From contig OW818675.1 in assembly GCA_942493095.1 (NCBI GenBank), positions 60,001 to 92,000 of the forward strand: a stretch of 32,000 nucleotides of DNA. The letters run 5' to 3'. Source of the stretch: Candidatus Electronema halotolerans. GTDB taxonomy: Bacteria > Desulfobacterota > Desulfobulbia > Desulfobulbales > Desulfobulbaceae. Shown here one piece after another: positions 1 through 13,815 of the stretch. Numbering within the stretch: position 1 is the stretch's first letter; the number at the start of each line of letters is the position of its first letter. The notes beneath the pieces were generated by a model. That model had not been told where the DNA came from, made no database searches, and saw only the letters and a program-made list of their open reading frames with translations. The position numbers and the translations under genes were made by a program.

Positions 1-31
1 CAGGCAAACTATCTCACCAAGGAGGAATGTT

Positions 32-493
32 GTGAAAAGCAGGACATTATTGGCAGCGTTTGTGGTTCTGGCCGGATTGCTGCTGGCAGGCGGCATCAGC
101 ACTGCCGCCGCCGTGACCACAAATGTCTGGTACACGACCCCGGCTGACTGCGAGCGGGTGCAGGAGACCGCAAAAAAAGAGGATAAGGCCTTCATTCTCT
201 TTTTTTACGTTGACTGGTGCGGCTACTGCAAACGGCTGAAAAAAGATTTTCTTGCAAAACCTGAAGTCGAGCGGGTGCTGGCCAAATATTACCGAGTCAA
301 GATCAACCCTGAGAAAGGGGCGGAGGAGAAGGCCTTGGCAAATAAGTACGGCGTGCATGGCTTCCCCAATTTCTTGGTTGTCCGGCCTGACGGCAGCAAG
401 GTCAGAATTCATCCCTTTAAACAAGGCGGCAAAGTTTGGACAGTGGAGGAATTCATCTCCAACTTGGAAGCGGCAATGACGGCCAAGGGATGA
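32..493 (+). CDS. Secreted thioredoxin-fold protein with CxxC motif
   Basis: GTG start 6-7 nt after AAGGAGGA. N-terminal hydrophobic signal-like segment LLAAFVVLAGLLLAGGISTAAA. Thioredoxin-type active site WCGYC within FFYVDWCGYCKRL. Confidence 0.8.
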   Translation: MKSRTLLAAFVVLAGLLLAGGISTAAAVTTNVWYTTPADCERVQETAKKEDKAFILFFYVDWCGYCKRLKKDFLAKPEVERVLAKYYRVKINPEKGAEEKALANKYGVHGFPNFLVVRPDGSKVRIHPFKQGGKVWTVEEFISNLEAAMTAKG

Positions 494-597
494 GCAGCAG
501 CAGCCCTGTTCTGTGCAGCGGGGCTGGCAGCAAACTGGCAGAAACAAAGCATCTGTCAGGCATTCCGTGCAGATGCCTGCTGTGAAATCGACTGACC

Positions 598-1230
598 ATG
601 AATCAAAAAATAGGCAAGAAACTGCAAGAATGGCTTGTTGATGAAGCCGAGGACGCACCTGCTGAAACTGTTTTAGAGACATTGCACAGAAAACTGTGCA
701 AAAGGATAAAATTCTGTTTTAATACAGAAAAAAGGATAGAAGAAAAAATAAAAAACTGGCTTACTGTTGAGGAACAGGAAAACTCTGCTGATTTTATTTG
801 TATAATTGAAGAATCTTTTTTTAAAACAAGAAAAATTATAGCTGCGACAAGTCATCGTATTGTTTTGTTTGAATACAGCCTTTCAGGCACCCTGAAAGAT
901 AAAAGTGATAAAATATGGCGGCAGCTTGTATCTGTGCATTTGCAGGAAAAAATTCCTTATTCCTCGTTGGAGCTTTGCTTCTTTCAGTTTCATGATTCAA
1001 TTTTTTATCACAATCCAAATCAGTTCAGCGACAAGCCCAAGATGAAGCACTGGAGGCTTGACGAGCTGAACAAGAAAAAAGCTCGAATTTTTTATGCTTT
1101 TTTGAAAAATAAAGAAATTGCCATGAAGGAAGCGAGGCGGCAGGAGCATCTCGACAATAAAATTGTCGGCGGCATGGGAGGCATGGCGCGGCCCGGAGGA
1201 GGAGGCCCGCCTCCGGGAGGCGGAAAGTAA
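598..1230 (+). CDS. Hypothetical protein with a bacterial PH-like core and a Gly/Pro-rich C-terminal tail
   Basis: 210-aa ORF. The core (FICIIEESFFKTRKIIAATSHRIVLFEYS...) resembles bacterial PH/YokE-like domains. The tail is GGMGGMARPGGGGPPPGGGK. The coding sequence is strikingly AT-rich compared with its neighbours. Confidence 0.6.
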   Translation: MNQKIGKKLQEWLVDEAEDAPAETVLETLHRKLCKRIKFCFNTEKRIEEKIKNWLTVEEQENSADFICIIEESFFKTRKIIAATSHRIVLFEYSLSGTLKDKSDKIWRQLVSVHLQEKIPYSSLELCFFQFHDSIFYHNPNQFSDKPKMKHWRLDELNKKKARIFYAFLKNKEIAMKEARRQEHLDNKIVGGMGGMARPGGGGPPPGGGK

Positions 1231-1245
1231 GCCTCCGGCATTTTT
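1216..1245 (+). terminator. Weak hairpin plus T-run overlapping the stop codon of the 598..1230 gene
   Basis: GGAGGC (1216-1221) pairs with GCCTCC (1231-1236) around a 9-nt loop, followed by GGCA and TTTTT (1241-1245). The stem is short and partly a by-product of Gly/Pro codons. Confidence 0.25.
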
Positions 1246-1246
1246 C

Positions 1247-1819
1247 ATGATGCGGCAGGGCAATCAAGTGCGGAACAATGATGAGTACAGGTCGTTGACC
1301 AAGCTGCTGGCCAAGATTGGTCAAGAGGCTGGCACTTCGTTCTGCATCAGTCTCATTCCCGGCTTGGCCGGATTGCTGGCTGCCGCCCTGAACAGCGTCT
1401 TGGGCACCTTTGGCTTTCTGCTGAAATTTCGCAGTGAGAGCGCAGAGCTTGTAACAAATTTGCTGGGCGGCGGCACTGGCTTTCTTTCCCGCAAGGAGCT
1501 GCGCCGCATTAAGCTGGAATTAGTCAGATGTGCGAAAAGAAACAAGGAATACGGAAAAGCGCTGGCCTTGGTCTGCGGCATTCTGGAGACAGACGCTGAA
1601 TGCGCTGAGGCCCTGCTGCTCAAAGCCATGATCCTGCATGAAGGTTTTAATGATTCCGCAGGCGCACGCCTGTCTTTGAGAAAACTGATGCGTCTGCGTC
1701 CTGATGCGGACAACGATCTTCTGCGCCGCTGGGGAGCGGCTCTGCATGACGAGCTTTGCCTGCAACAGAAACGCGGACAGGACAATTCCTCTGATCAAGT
1801 GCGGATACGATATGAATGA
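1247..1819 (+). CDS. Hypothetical protein with one hydrophobic segment and a helical TPR-like C-terminus
   Basis: I placed the start at the first ATG (1247) of the 1163..1819 frame, which avoids overlap with the upstream gene; the start is uncertain. Hydrophobic stretch FCISLIPGLAGLLAAALNSVLGTFGFLL. C-terminus is helical repeat-like (YGKALALVCGILETDAECAEALLLKAMILHE). Sits directly upstream of minD. Confidence 0.5.
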   Translation: MMRQGNQVRNNDEYRSLTKLLAKIGQEAGTSFCISLIPGLAGLLAAALNSVLGTFGFLLKFRSESAELVTNLLGGGTGFLSRKELRRIKLELVRCAKRNKEYGKALALVCGILETDAECAEALLLKAMILHEGFNDSAGARLSLRKLMRLRPDADNDLLRRWGAALHDELCLQQKRGQDNSSDQVRIRYE

Positions 1820-1891
1820 TGTGAGCGCGGCTGCCGCATCTCTCTTGAATTATGCGGCAAACAGCCTGAACACGTTGGGAGGACATATATT

Positions 1892-2704
1892 TTGACACGG
1901 ATCATCGTAATCACCTCCGGCAAGGGAGGAGTCGGCAAAACCACAACCAGTGCCGCCTTTGCTATGGGCTTGGCATTGGAAGGCTACAAGACAGCGGTGA
2001 TCGATTTTGATGTCGGCCTGCGCAACTTGGATCTGGTCATGGGCTGCGAACGGCGGGTGGTCTATGACTTTGTCAACGTGATCAACAAGGAGGCCCGCCT
2101 CAATCAGGCCTTGATCCGGGACAAGCGCACTGAGAACCTTTACATCCTGCCCGCCTCGCAGACCAAGGATAAGGAGGCCCTGACTATAGACGGCGTGGAG
2201 GCGGTGCTCAATGAGCTGGCCGACACCTTTGACTACATTGTCTGCGATTCGCCGGCCGGCATCGAGCACGGGGCTTTCATGGCCATGTATTTCGCTGATG
2301 AGGCCATTGTCGTCACCAACCCAGAAATCTCCTCAGTGCGCGATTCGGACCGCATTCTTGGCCTTTTGTCCAGCAAGACCAGACGGGCGAAGGAAAACCG
2401 GCCTCCGGTCAAGGAGCATCTTCTTCTGACCCGCTACTCGCCGGAACGGGTGCTGCGAGGAGAAATGCTTTCCGTGAAAGACATTCAGGACATACTCTCC
2501 ATTCCGCTGCTGGGGGTCATCCCGGAATCTGAGGCCGTCCTGACCGCCTCCAATCAGGGGGTGCCGGTGATCGCCAACCGGAACAGCGATGCCGGGCTGG
2601 CCTATCAGGACTGCGTGGCCCGCTTTCTCGGCGAAGAAATTGAGATGCGCTTCATTGACCCGAAGAAGAAAGGGCTTCTCAGCAAGTTTTTCGGGAGCAA
2701 TTAA
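1892..2704 (+). CDS. minD: Septum site-determining ATPase MinD
   Basis: TTG start preceded by GGGAGGA. Deviant Walker A SGKGGVGKTT. Full-length similarity to MinD, including the C-terminal amphipathic membrane-targeting helix (KKKGLLSKFFGS). Confidence 0.95.
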   Translation: MTRIIVITSGKGGVGKTTTSAAFAMGLALEGYKTAVIDFDVGLRNLDLVMGCERRVVYDFVNVINKEARLNQALIRDKRTENLYILPASQTKDKEALTIDGVEAVLNELADTFDYIVCDSPAGIEHGAFMAMYFADEAIVVTNPEISSVRDSDRILGLLSSKTRRAKENRPPVKEHLLLTRYSPERVLRGEMLSVKDIQDILSIPLLGVIPESEAVLTASNQGVPVIANRNSDAGLAYQDCVARFLGEEIEMRFIDPKKKGLLSKFFGSN

Positions 2705-2973
2705 TGGGCCTTTTTGACTATTTCCATGCCAATCGCAGATCGGCGGAGGTGGCCAAGGAGCGGTTGAGCATCCTGATTGCCAGGGATCAGATACAGAGAA
2801 ATCAGCCCTCCTTTCTGCCCCAGCTCCAAGACGAGCTGCTGGAGGTGATCAAGAAGTATGTGGACATTGATCAGGACGATGTCTCGATCACCTTGGACCG
2901 GGAAGATGACTGTGAGATTCTGGAGCTGAACATCGCCCTGCCGGAAAAACCGCGCCAGCGGCAGACTGACTGA
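2704..2973 (+). CDS. minE: Cell division topological specificity factor MinE
   Basis: 89 aa. N-terminus MGLFDYF...AKERLSILIA is typical of MinE. The ATG overlaps the minD TAA by 1 nt (TAATG). Confidence 0.93.
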   Translation: MGLFDYFHANRRSAEVAKERLSILIARDQIQRNQPSFLPQLQDELLEVIKKYVDIDQDDVSITLDREDDCEILELNIALPEKPRQRQTD

Positions 2974-3359
2974 TGCCGTCCCGGCCCAAGCAGCGGCGCA
3001 GCGCTTCCACGACGCAGATTGGCCAGGCCGGCGAAGAGGCGGCTGCCCGCTACTTGGAGCAGCAGGGCTGGGTGATCTTGGCCCGGAACTGCCGTCTGCC
3101 TGGAGGCGAGATTGACATCATTGCCAATGACGGCGGCTGTCTGGTCTTTGTCGAGGTCAAGACCCGGCGCGGCAGCCGTTTCGGCAGTCCGTTCGAGGCA
3201 GTTGACAGCCGCAAGCAGCAGCGGCTGACCACGGCGGCCTTGGCCTACATGAATGAGCACCGCTTGGACATGGCAGCCCGGTTTGATGTGGCTGCCGTGT
3301 TTCCTGAACAGGATTCCTTCCGCGTCGAGCTGCTGCGCAACGCCTTTGACTGCGTATAG
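2973..3359 (+). CDS. yraN: YraN family (UPF0102) predicted endonuclease
   Basis: 128 aa with the family signature GEIDIIANDGGCLVFVEVKTRR. The start overlaps the minE stop (TGATG). Confidence 0.85.
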   Translation: MPSRPKQRRSASTTQIGQAGEEAAARYLEQQGWVILARNCRLPGGEIDIIANDGGCLVFVEVKTRRGSRFGSPFEAVDSRKQQRLTTAALAYMNEHRLDMAARFDVAAVFPEQDSFRVELLRNAFDCV

Positions 3360-3486
3360 CTTAGGTGCGGATTCAAGCCCCAAGCGCAACTTTTCAGCAA
3401 TCTGTCTCTTGCATCCTGTTTCAAGACAGGTGCTCGCTTCTTTCTGTCTGAGAGAGCGGGCTTGAGATTTAATCCCCCGTAGTTTC

Positions 3487-5415
<1,929 letters not shown>

Positions 5416-5442
5416 TATGAAAGCGAACTCAATGAAACGGTT

Positions 5443-6661
5443 GTGAATATCTGCATGGTGGTCTGGAAGTTTTATCCTTGCCCGGAAGGGGGCGCGGAAC
5501 GTCAGTGCCGCAGGCTGGCTGTTGAGCTGACCCGGCAGGGCCATTGCTGTGAGGTGCTGACCAGCCGCCTGCGCCTGGAGTTGCTGCCGACAGAGGAGAT
5601 GCCGGAAGGATACCACGTGCGGCGGCTGGGCCGCTTGGCTTGGCTTGACGAATCCTGCAAAAAGCGGCTGTCGATTCTGCGCAACAGGCTGCCGGAACAG
5701 CTTGCTGACATAGCCTCTTTCTGGCTGCCGCTGCCTTTTGTCCGACTGGCCCGTTTTTCCTTCATGCTGGCCCTGCGCCAGTTTTTCAGACAGCATTGCC
5801 AGCAGATTGATGTCGTCCATGTTCATGAGGCGCACTGGATTGCCGGGGCCGTAGTCTGGGCCTGCCAAGGCTTGGGCCTGCCAGTGGTCTGCAAGGAAGC
5901 CTCTTTCCCTGCCGCCGCTGCAATCAGTTATGATGCGCCGATGCGCCGGGTGCTGGCCCGCTGCCGCCAGCAGGCGCATTTCATCGCTTTGACGGAACCT
6001 GTGGCAGAGTCGCTGCGCAGTAGCTGCGGCATTCCTGCCGAGCGAATCAGCATCATTCCCAACGGGGTGGCACTGCCTGCGGCAAGCAGCCCGGTCATCG
6101 GCTCCAAGGACGTGGTCTATGTTGGCAATCTCAGCCAAGGCAGCCGCTGGAAGGCCTTTGACATCCTCTTTGCCGCGTGGGTGCAGATGCAGCAGCATGA
6201 TCAGGGCAGGACGCGGCTGGTGGTGCTGGGTGCGGGCGATTCCACGCCGTGGCAGCAGTATTTGCAGGAGCAGGGCTGCCAAGCTGCGGTGCATTTTGCA
6301 GGAGCAGTCCCGGATGTCAGCGAATATCTGCGCCAAGCGCGGCTCTTTGTTCTGCCGTCGCGGGTGGAAGGCCTGTCCAACGCTTTGCTGGAAGCCATGA
6401 GCTGGGGGCTGCCAGTGCTCGTCTCAGATATTCCGGCCAATCTGTCTGTGGTGCGGCATCAGGAAAACGGCTGGGTGGTGCCGGTCAATGACAGCCAGGC
6501 ACTGGCTGCGGCAATGCTGCAGCTCTTGGCTGATGAGCCGCTTTCTCTGCAATTGGGTCGGGCGGCGCGGCAGACGATTGCGGACAGATACACCATTCAG
6601 CAGGTCGCGGAGCAGCTTGCCGGGCTGTACAGGCGACTGACTGCCTCTTGTCCTCGGCCCG

Positions 6662-6669
<8 letters not shown>
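5443..6669 (+). CDS. Glycosyltransferase family 4 (GT-B fold)
   Basis: GTG start. C-terminal GT4/GT1 signature RVEGLSNALLEAMSWGLPVLVSD (E-x7-E type). Confidence 0.85.
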
Positions 6670-10039
<3,370 letters not shown>

Positions 10040-10240
10040 ATCATTTTCTGACACTCCTCCAGTGCCTTCGTTTTGGAAAATACTGAGAAATTTTCCAAAA
10101 AAGAAGTGGTACCCCGGAACAGGCTTCAATGCAAGCAAAAAAAACAGGCCCCCGGCTCTTTCCTTGATTTTGCACAGCTTTTCCCTTCAGCGGCCAGCAG
10201 GCGGCATTGCCGTAAAAAAGCTGTTAAATTCGATGATTAG

Positions 10241-10269
10241 TTGACAAGTCTGTTCTGGACGGTACAATA
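10241..10269 (+). promoter_or_regulatory. Candidate sigma70 promoter for the corrinoid/kinase operon
   Basis: TTGACA (10241-10246), a 17-nt spacer, then TACAAT (10264-10269), about 50 nt upstream of ATG 10320. Lies in the divergent intergenic region. Confidence 0.45.
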
Positions 10270-10319
10270 GCATTCAGAGACAATCCGCAACAATTCATTC
10301 TTTTTTGAGGAGTGCGTCC

Positions 10320-10961
10320 ATGAGCAGCGCGGCAGCCCGCAGCCTGAATTTTGCTGACCGGCTTTTGTCCTTGGACAGGCTGGGAGCGGAGGAGATGCTG
10401 GAGCAAGCTGAAGGTCGGCAGCCTCTTCTGCTGATTGAGGAACTGATTGTTCCTGCCCTTGAGGAAATTGGCCACCGCTGGGAACGGGGTGAGACCGCTC
10501 TGGCGCAGGTCTATATGAGCAGCCGGATCTGCGAGGAGCTGATGGCCCGCTTTCTGCCGTCATCCAGCCCGGAGCGGCTCAAGCAGCCCAAGCTCGGCAT
10601 CGCCCTTTTGGACGACTACCATGCCTTGGGCAAGATCATTGTCTGCGCCGCCCTCCGGGCCAGCGGCTGGGACCTGCATGACTACGGCAGGATGACCGCG
10701 CCGGAGCTGGCCGAGCAGGTGATTGAGGATCAGATCGGCATTCTTTTAGTTTCCACGCTCATGCTCCGCTCGGCCCTGCAAGTCAAGGAGCTGCAGGCGC
10801 GGCTGACTGCTGCCGGTTCTCAGACCAAAATCATAGTCGGCGGCGCGCCCTTTCGTTTTGACCCGGAACTCTGGCTGGAAGTGGGCGCGGACGCGACCGG
10901 CAACGACGCTGCCGAGGCAGTGCGGGCCGTGGCCCGCTGCATGGAGGAGTTTTCCCAATGA
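10320..10961 (+). CDS. Corrinoid (cobalamin-binding) protein, MtaC/MtbC/MtsB-like
   Basis: ATG 7 nt after GAGGAG. N-terminal helical cap followed by a Rossmann-type B12-binding domain with the base-off/His-on motif DxHxxG (DDYHALG). Also SGWDLHDYG and LLVSTLM elements. Confidence 0.85.
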   Translation: MSSAAARSLNFADRLLSLDRLGAEEMLEQAEGRQPLLLIEELIVPALEEIGHRWERGETALAQVYMSSRICEELMARFLPSSSPERLKQPKLGIALLDDYHALGKIIVCAALRASGWDLHDYGRMTAPELAEQVIEDQIGILLVSTLMLRSALQVKELQARLTAAGSQTKIIVGGAPFRFDPELWLEVGADATGNDAAEAVRAVARCMEEFSQ

Positions 10962-11986
10962 AGACAATGACCTCAATGGAGCGGGTCATGACCGCCCTCA
11001 GTCACCAGGAGCCAGACCGGGTGCCCTTTTTTCACCTCCTCACCATGCACGGGGCCAAAGAGCTGGGCCTGAGCATCCGCGACTATTTCAGCAAGGCCGG
11101 GCAGGTGATTGAGGGCCAGCTTCGCCTGCGGGCAAAGTACCGGCATGACTGCTTTTACTCACTGCTCTACGGCGCGGCGGAGTTTGAAGCCTTTGGCGGC
11201 GAGGTGATCTGGTACGAGGACGGCCCGCCCAACAGCGGCGAGCCAGTTCTGAAAACGCCGGCAGACATTCTGCGGCTGGAAGCACCAGTGCCGGAGGAGG
11301 TGCCCTGCCTGCGCCGGATGCTGGAGGTGATCAGCGGCTTGAAAGAACGGTGCGGCGATGAGGTGCCGATCATTGGCGTGGCCATTGCTCCCTTTTCTCT
11401 GCCGGTCATGCAGATGGGCTTTCCCGCCTATATTGAATTGCTCTATGAGGAGCCGGAGTTATTCAAACGGTTGATGGCTGTCAATCAGGAGTTCTGCGTT
11501 GCCTTGGCCAATGCCCAGTTTCAGGCCGGAGCAACCACGGTCTGCTATTTTGACCCGCTCGCCTCGCCGGACCTGATTCCAACGGAACTGTACCGCCGCA
11601 CCGGGCTGCTTGCGGCCCGGCACTGCCTGAACCATTTCAACGGCCCGCCCTGCGTCCATCTTGGTTCCAGCCGCTGCCTGCCGGTGATTGAGGAGCTGGC
11701 CGCGCTTGGCGCGGCAGCAGTCGGGGTCAGCGCGCTGGAGGATTTGGCCGCGGTCAAGGCGGCCTGCAAAGGCCGGATCACAGTGGCAGGCAACCTGAAC
11801 GGCATTGCCATGCGCCGCTGGAGCGCGGCCCAAGCTGAGGCGGAAGTGAAAAAGGCGATTGCCGCCGCTGCTGCGGGCGGCGGTTTCATTCTGACGGACA
11901 ATCACGGCGAAATTCCTTGGCAGATCAAGGATGAGACCCTGCTGGCCATTTCTGAGGCCGTGCATGAATGGGGGCGGTATTCATGA
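10958..11986 (+). CDS. Uroporphyrinogen decarboxylase (URO-D) family protein, MtaA/MtbA/MtsA-like methylcobamide methyltransferase
   Basis: 342 aa. N-terminus MTSMERVMTALSHQEPDRVPFF is typical of MtaA/CmuA-type URO-D family members. ATGA overlap with the upstream corrinoid gene. Confidence 0.85.
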   Translation: MKTMTSMERVMTALSHQEPDRVPFFHLLTMHGAKELGLSIRDYFSKAGQVIEGQLRLRAKYRHDCFYSLLYGAAEFEAFGGEVIWYEDGPPNSGEPVLKTPADILRLEAPVPEEVPCLRRMLEVISGLKERCGDEVPIIGVAIAPFSLPVMQMGFPAYIELLYEEPELFKRLMAVNQEFCVALANAQFQAGATTVCYFDPLASPDLIPTELYRRTGLLAARHCLNHFNGPPCVHLGSSRCLPVIEELAALGAAAVGVSALEDLAAVKAACKGRITVAGNLNGIAMRRWSAAQAEAEVKKAIAAAAAGGGFILTDNHGEIPWQIKDETLLAISEAVHEWGRYS

Positions 11987-13815
11987 CCCTCTGCTTCTTG
12001 GTCTGTGAGCATCTTCATGCTGACATGACTGCGGCGGCCCAAGCACAAGGGCTGACCGGCATTGAGCTGCGTGCTTTTCCGGCCCGCTGCGGCGGCCCGC
12101 CCTTGAGTGCCGAGGAGCTGACCGAACTGGCAGCACAGAGCAATGCTGAAGAAAAAGAGTTCTTTGGTTGCGGCTGCATAGGGCAGGAGATAGAAATCCC
12201 TGGCTGCCGGATTCGACGGCTGGAACAGTGCTTTCACCTGCTGATCAGTCCGACCTTGGCGGATGCGCTCCAGCGGAGCGGGGCCTGCCTGCTCACCTCC
12301 GGCTGGCTGGCCTGCTGGCGGCAGGAGCTGAACGAAGAAAAAGGACTTGGCGTTTTTTGGAATAAAATGATCCTGCTTGACACCAAGGCTGACCCGCAGG
12401 CGGAGCAGCATCTTGCTGAATTGGCCGCCTGTCTCCATCTGCCTATGGAAATCATGCCGGTCGGATTAGGATATGCCGGACTGTTTCTTGCCGCCGCCGC
12501 TGGCGAGCACCGGCAGAAAAAGCTCCAGCGGCAGGAGGAGGAGTCGCGGCGGCAGGCGGCGGAATCGGCCATGACCTTGGACATGCTCGGCCTGGTGGTC
12601 AAGGCGGCTTCTGAGGCCGAAGTGCTGGACGGCATTGCGGAACTGTTCCGCATGCTTTTCGCGCCCAAGGAGGTTCACTGCCTGCCAGTGGTCAGAGGGG
12701 GCCTGACTTCTGACCGGCTGGCCGTCCTGACCCCGGAGGAGCGGCAGAGCGCGGAAGAGCTGCTGACCCAGAGTGAACGGCAGCATGAACTGACTGCCAG
12801 CGGCGACGGGTTCTTTTTGCGCCTTGGCACTGACAGCGTGACTTCGGTGCTGGTGCTGGTCCGGCAGGTCACTTTTCCCCAGCATCTGTATTCCTACATC
12901 AACACGGCCCTGAATGTCGCCGGAGTCTGCGCCTTGGCAGTCGAGCATGTGCGCATTCTGAAAAAACTGCTCGACACCTCCCGGCTGGCAGGCAAGGCGG
13001 AAGTGGCCACTGAGGTGCTGCACAATGTCGGCAACACCTTCAACAGCATTTCCGTGGCCTCGGAGCGGCTGCGGGAAATGCTCCGGCAGAGCGGCTGTGT
13101 GACCCTGCCGCCGATCATCAAGCTGATCGAGGAGCACCAGGATAATCTGAGCGCGTTTTGCAGCACTGATCCCAGAGGCCAGAAGCTGCCCCGCTATTTT
13201 GCCAGCCTCTCTGGTCGGCTCATGCAGGAGCGGGAGCTGATGCTGGAGGAGGTGGGCCAGCAGCTCCGCCATATCCGCCGGGCAGCGGAAATCATCCGCA
13301 CCCAGCAGGACACGGCCAGGGGCAAGGGCTTTGTCGAGCTGCTCGACCTGCCAGCGGTGCTGGAGGAAAGTTTGGATATTTTCAGCAAAAAAATCATTGA
13401 GCGGCAGATCATTGTGGCGCGGGACTATGCTGTCCTGCCGCCGATCCGGGGCGAGCGGCACAAAATCCTCCAGATTGTCGGCAATTTGATCAGCAATGCG
13501 GCGGAAGCCTTTGATGGTCTTGAGGAACGGGAAAAGAAAATCACCTTACGCCTTTACCCTGCGGGCGGCAGCAAAGACGCTGGAGCTGTGCTGGAAGTGG
13601 AGGACAACGGCAAAGGCATCACCAAGGCTTTCATGGAGCGAATTTTTCAGTTCGGCTTCAGCGGCAAAGAGGGCGGCCACGGCTTTGGCCTGCACAATGC
13701 CGCCAACTTGGCCGCTGAAATGGACGGCTCGCTGCGGGCGGAAAGCGCGGGCAAGGATAAGGGCGCAATCTTCCGGCTGCTCCTGCCAACCGTGGCGGAC
13801 CGGAGACGGCAATGA
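11983..13815 (+). CDS. Cytoplasmic sensor histidine kinase with an N-terminal DUF1638-like Cys-rich domain and a GAF-like linker domain
   Basis: ATGA overlap with the upstream gene. N-terminal ~160 aa (LVCEHL...FPARCGGP...GCGCIG...EQCFHLLISP...CLLTSGWLACW) resembles DUF1638. H-box EVLHNVGNTFNSI; N-box GNLISNAAEA; G-boxes EDNGKGI and GHGFGLHNAA. No TM helices are obvious. Confidence 0.8.
   Translation: MTLCFLVCEHLHADMTAAAQAQGLTGIELRAFPARCGGPPLSAEELTELAAQSNAEEKEFFGCGCIGQEIEIPGCRIRRLEQCFHLLISPTLADALQRSGACLLTSGWLACWRQELNEEKGLGVFWNKMILLDTKADPQAEQHLAELAACLHLPMEIMPVGLGYAGLFLAAAAGEHRQKKLQRQEEESRRQAAESAMTLDMLGLVVKAASEAEVLDGIAELFRMLFAPKEVHCLPVVRGGLTSDRLAVLTPEERQSAEELLTQSERQHELTASGDGFFLRLGTDSVTSVLVLVRQVTFPQHLYSYINTALNVAGVCALAVEHVRILKKLLDTSRLAGKAEVATEVLHNVGNTFNSISVASERLREMLRQSGCVTLPPIIKLIEEHQDNLSAFCSTDPRGQKLPRYFASLSGRLMQERELMLEEVGQQLRHIRRAAEIIRTQQDTARGKGFVELLDLPAVLEESLDIFSKKIIERQIIVARDYAVLPPIRGERHKILQIVGNLISNAAEAFDGLEEREKKITLRLYPAGGSKDAGAVLEVEDNGKGITKAFMERIFQFGFSGKEGGHGFGLHNAANLAAEMDGSLRAESAGKDKGAIFRLLLPTVADRRRQ

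Noticed and set aside
549-579. Two mutually exclusive 7-bp hairpins (GCATCTG/CAGATGC and CAGGCAT/ATGCCTG) as an attenuator or riboregulator
   Set aside because: The stems are short, and there is no T-run, no leader peptide and nothing to assess conservation against. They are noted only as context for the AT-rich gene.
47-682. 211-aa minus-strand ORF overlapping the thioredoxin-like gene
   Set aside because: The plus-strand frame has a signal peptide, a CxxC motif and a strong RBS. The minus-strand frame is Cys/Gln-rich noise spanning an intergenic region.
10270-10319. Possible cobalamin riboswitch upstream of the corrinoid-protein operon
   Set aside because: The leader between the predicted -10 element and the ATG is only about 50 nt, far too short for a cobalamin riboswitch aptamer. 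I could not find a B12-box-like element.
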